DNA of 35,576 nucleotides from an uncultured virus (IMG/VR IMGVR_UViG_3300046507_000662) (lineage: Duplodnaviria > Heunggongvirae > Uroviricota > Caudoviricetes): the IMG/VR virus record IMGVR_UViG_3300046507_000662; one strand, written 5' to 3'. Shown here piece by piece: positions 34,758-35,576 of the stretch. Both the position numbers and the translations under genes were made by a program. The notes beneath the pieces were generated by a model. That model was not told where the DNA came from. It made no database searches and worked only from the letters and a program-made list of their open reading frames with translations. Position 1 is the first letter of the stretch; the number at the start of each line of letters is the position of its first letter.

Positions 34758-35450
34758 TTAGCCGATCAGCATCAGTTGCTCGCCGCCGCCACGGTTGTTC
34801 TTCGCCGTGTTGCACCCCAGGTGCGCCAAGGCGACATTCGAGGGATCGTGCGCGCCGCCCTTCGAGAGCGGCACCACGTGATCCAGGCTCGGGCTCTTCG
34901 GGTCCGGCCACTTCACCGCCGGATTCACGACCTTCTTACAGAGGGAGCAACGCCAGCGGTCCCGCTCCGCTATCTCCGCGAACAGCACCGGTTCGCCAGT
35001 TGCCGTGGCCTTCTTCAAGGCCCGGCGGCGGTGGTAGTTGTCGCGGCGCTTGTCGTTCCACACCGAGGACTTCTGACGTCCGTCGGCGCGCGACTCGCGG
35101 TTGTATTGGAGCTTGCCGTGCTTCTCCGAGCAGCAGCGCTGCCCTTCCTGCTTCGGCTGGAAAGGGGCTCCGCACTCCGCGAGAGCGCAGATGGCGCCCA
35201 GCAGTGGCGTACTTCGCCGCGTCCCCTTGACGGTCTCGAAGCAGCGCTTCGAGCACCACTTGGCTTGCATCGGCCGATGGGAGATGTCGGCCTTACACCC
35301 CATGCAGGTTCGCTGCGTGGATCGTACTTCGCCCGGATGAAGACCCGCCCACCGGCGGCACGAGTCGCTGCACCAAACACGCGGGTTGCGCTCGCGCGCA
35401 CCGATAGGGAACGGCTGCTGACAGCCGCGGCAGAGACGGGAGTTGCTCAC
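34758..35450 (-). CDS. HNH endonuclease with N-terminal zinc-finger repeats
   Basis: Three CxxC...(W/C)CS..(C/H) repeats; ERDRWRCSLC...SLDHVVPLSKGGAHDPSNVALAHLGCNTAK. Confidence 0.9.
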   Translation of the reverse strand: MSNSRLCRGCQQPFPIGARERNPRVWCSDSCRRWAGLHPGEVRSTQRTCMGCKADISHRPMQAKWCSKRCFETVKGTRRSTPLLGAICALAECGAPFQPKQEGQRCCSEKHGKLQYNRESRADGRQKSSVWNDKRRDNYHRRRALKKATATGEPVLFAEIAERDRWRCSLCKKVVNPAVKWPDPKSPSLDHVVPLSKGGAHDPSNVALAHLGCNTAKNNRGGGEQLMLIG

Positions 35451-35576
35451 GTCAATTCAACGATCGCGGGCCGCCCACTGTTCCCGATCTTGCTCCGGAC
35501 TGTCACGGTACGTGACTAACGATCAAGGCGAAGTTGATCTCTGAAAGTTTTGAATTTGACGCACACCTTGTGTCCC

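Larger units (their letters stand above)
1..35576 (-). mobile_element. Actinobacterial (Streptomyces-like) siphovirus / prophage segment
   Basis: Complete head-neck-tail-lysis module plus early genes; no host housekeeping genes in the window. Confidence 0.95.

Noticed and set aside
1..35576. tRNA genes or attL/attR junction
   Set aside because: No cloverleaf with T-loop consensus and no host-phage boundary recognised by eye

Overview
High-GC actinobacterial (Streptomyces-like) siphovirus genome segment. The minus strand from about 35.5 kb down to 9 kb is a complete late region: HNH, small and large terminase, portal, MuF-like protein, scaffold, Prp-like protease, major capsid, neck, major tail, tail chaperones with a -1 frameshift, tape measure, tail tip, a secreted GH43-like protein, a papain-like peptidase, CHAP endolysin, holin(s), a collagen-like protein and a second HNH. 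The 1-9 kb accessory/early region has two palindrome-centred divergent promoter switches, a stand-alone WYL protein and an ERF recombinase. It also has a converging pair of tyrosine recombinases (one intact, one lacking catalytic residues) with a Gbn-like HTH protein, a repeat-punctuated array of small genes and a candidate pseudoknotted sRNA. The strongest novel candidate is a half-size (62 aa) phage-encoded Prp protease sitting between the scaffold and capsid genes, both of which carry the same N-terminal WFxLxRH leader motif. Product calls come from motif recognition and synteny by eye, not database searches.
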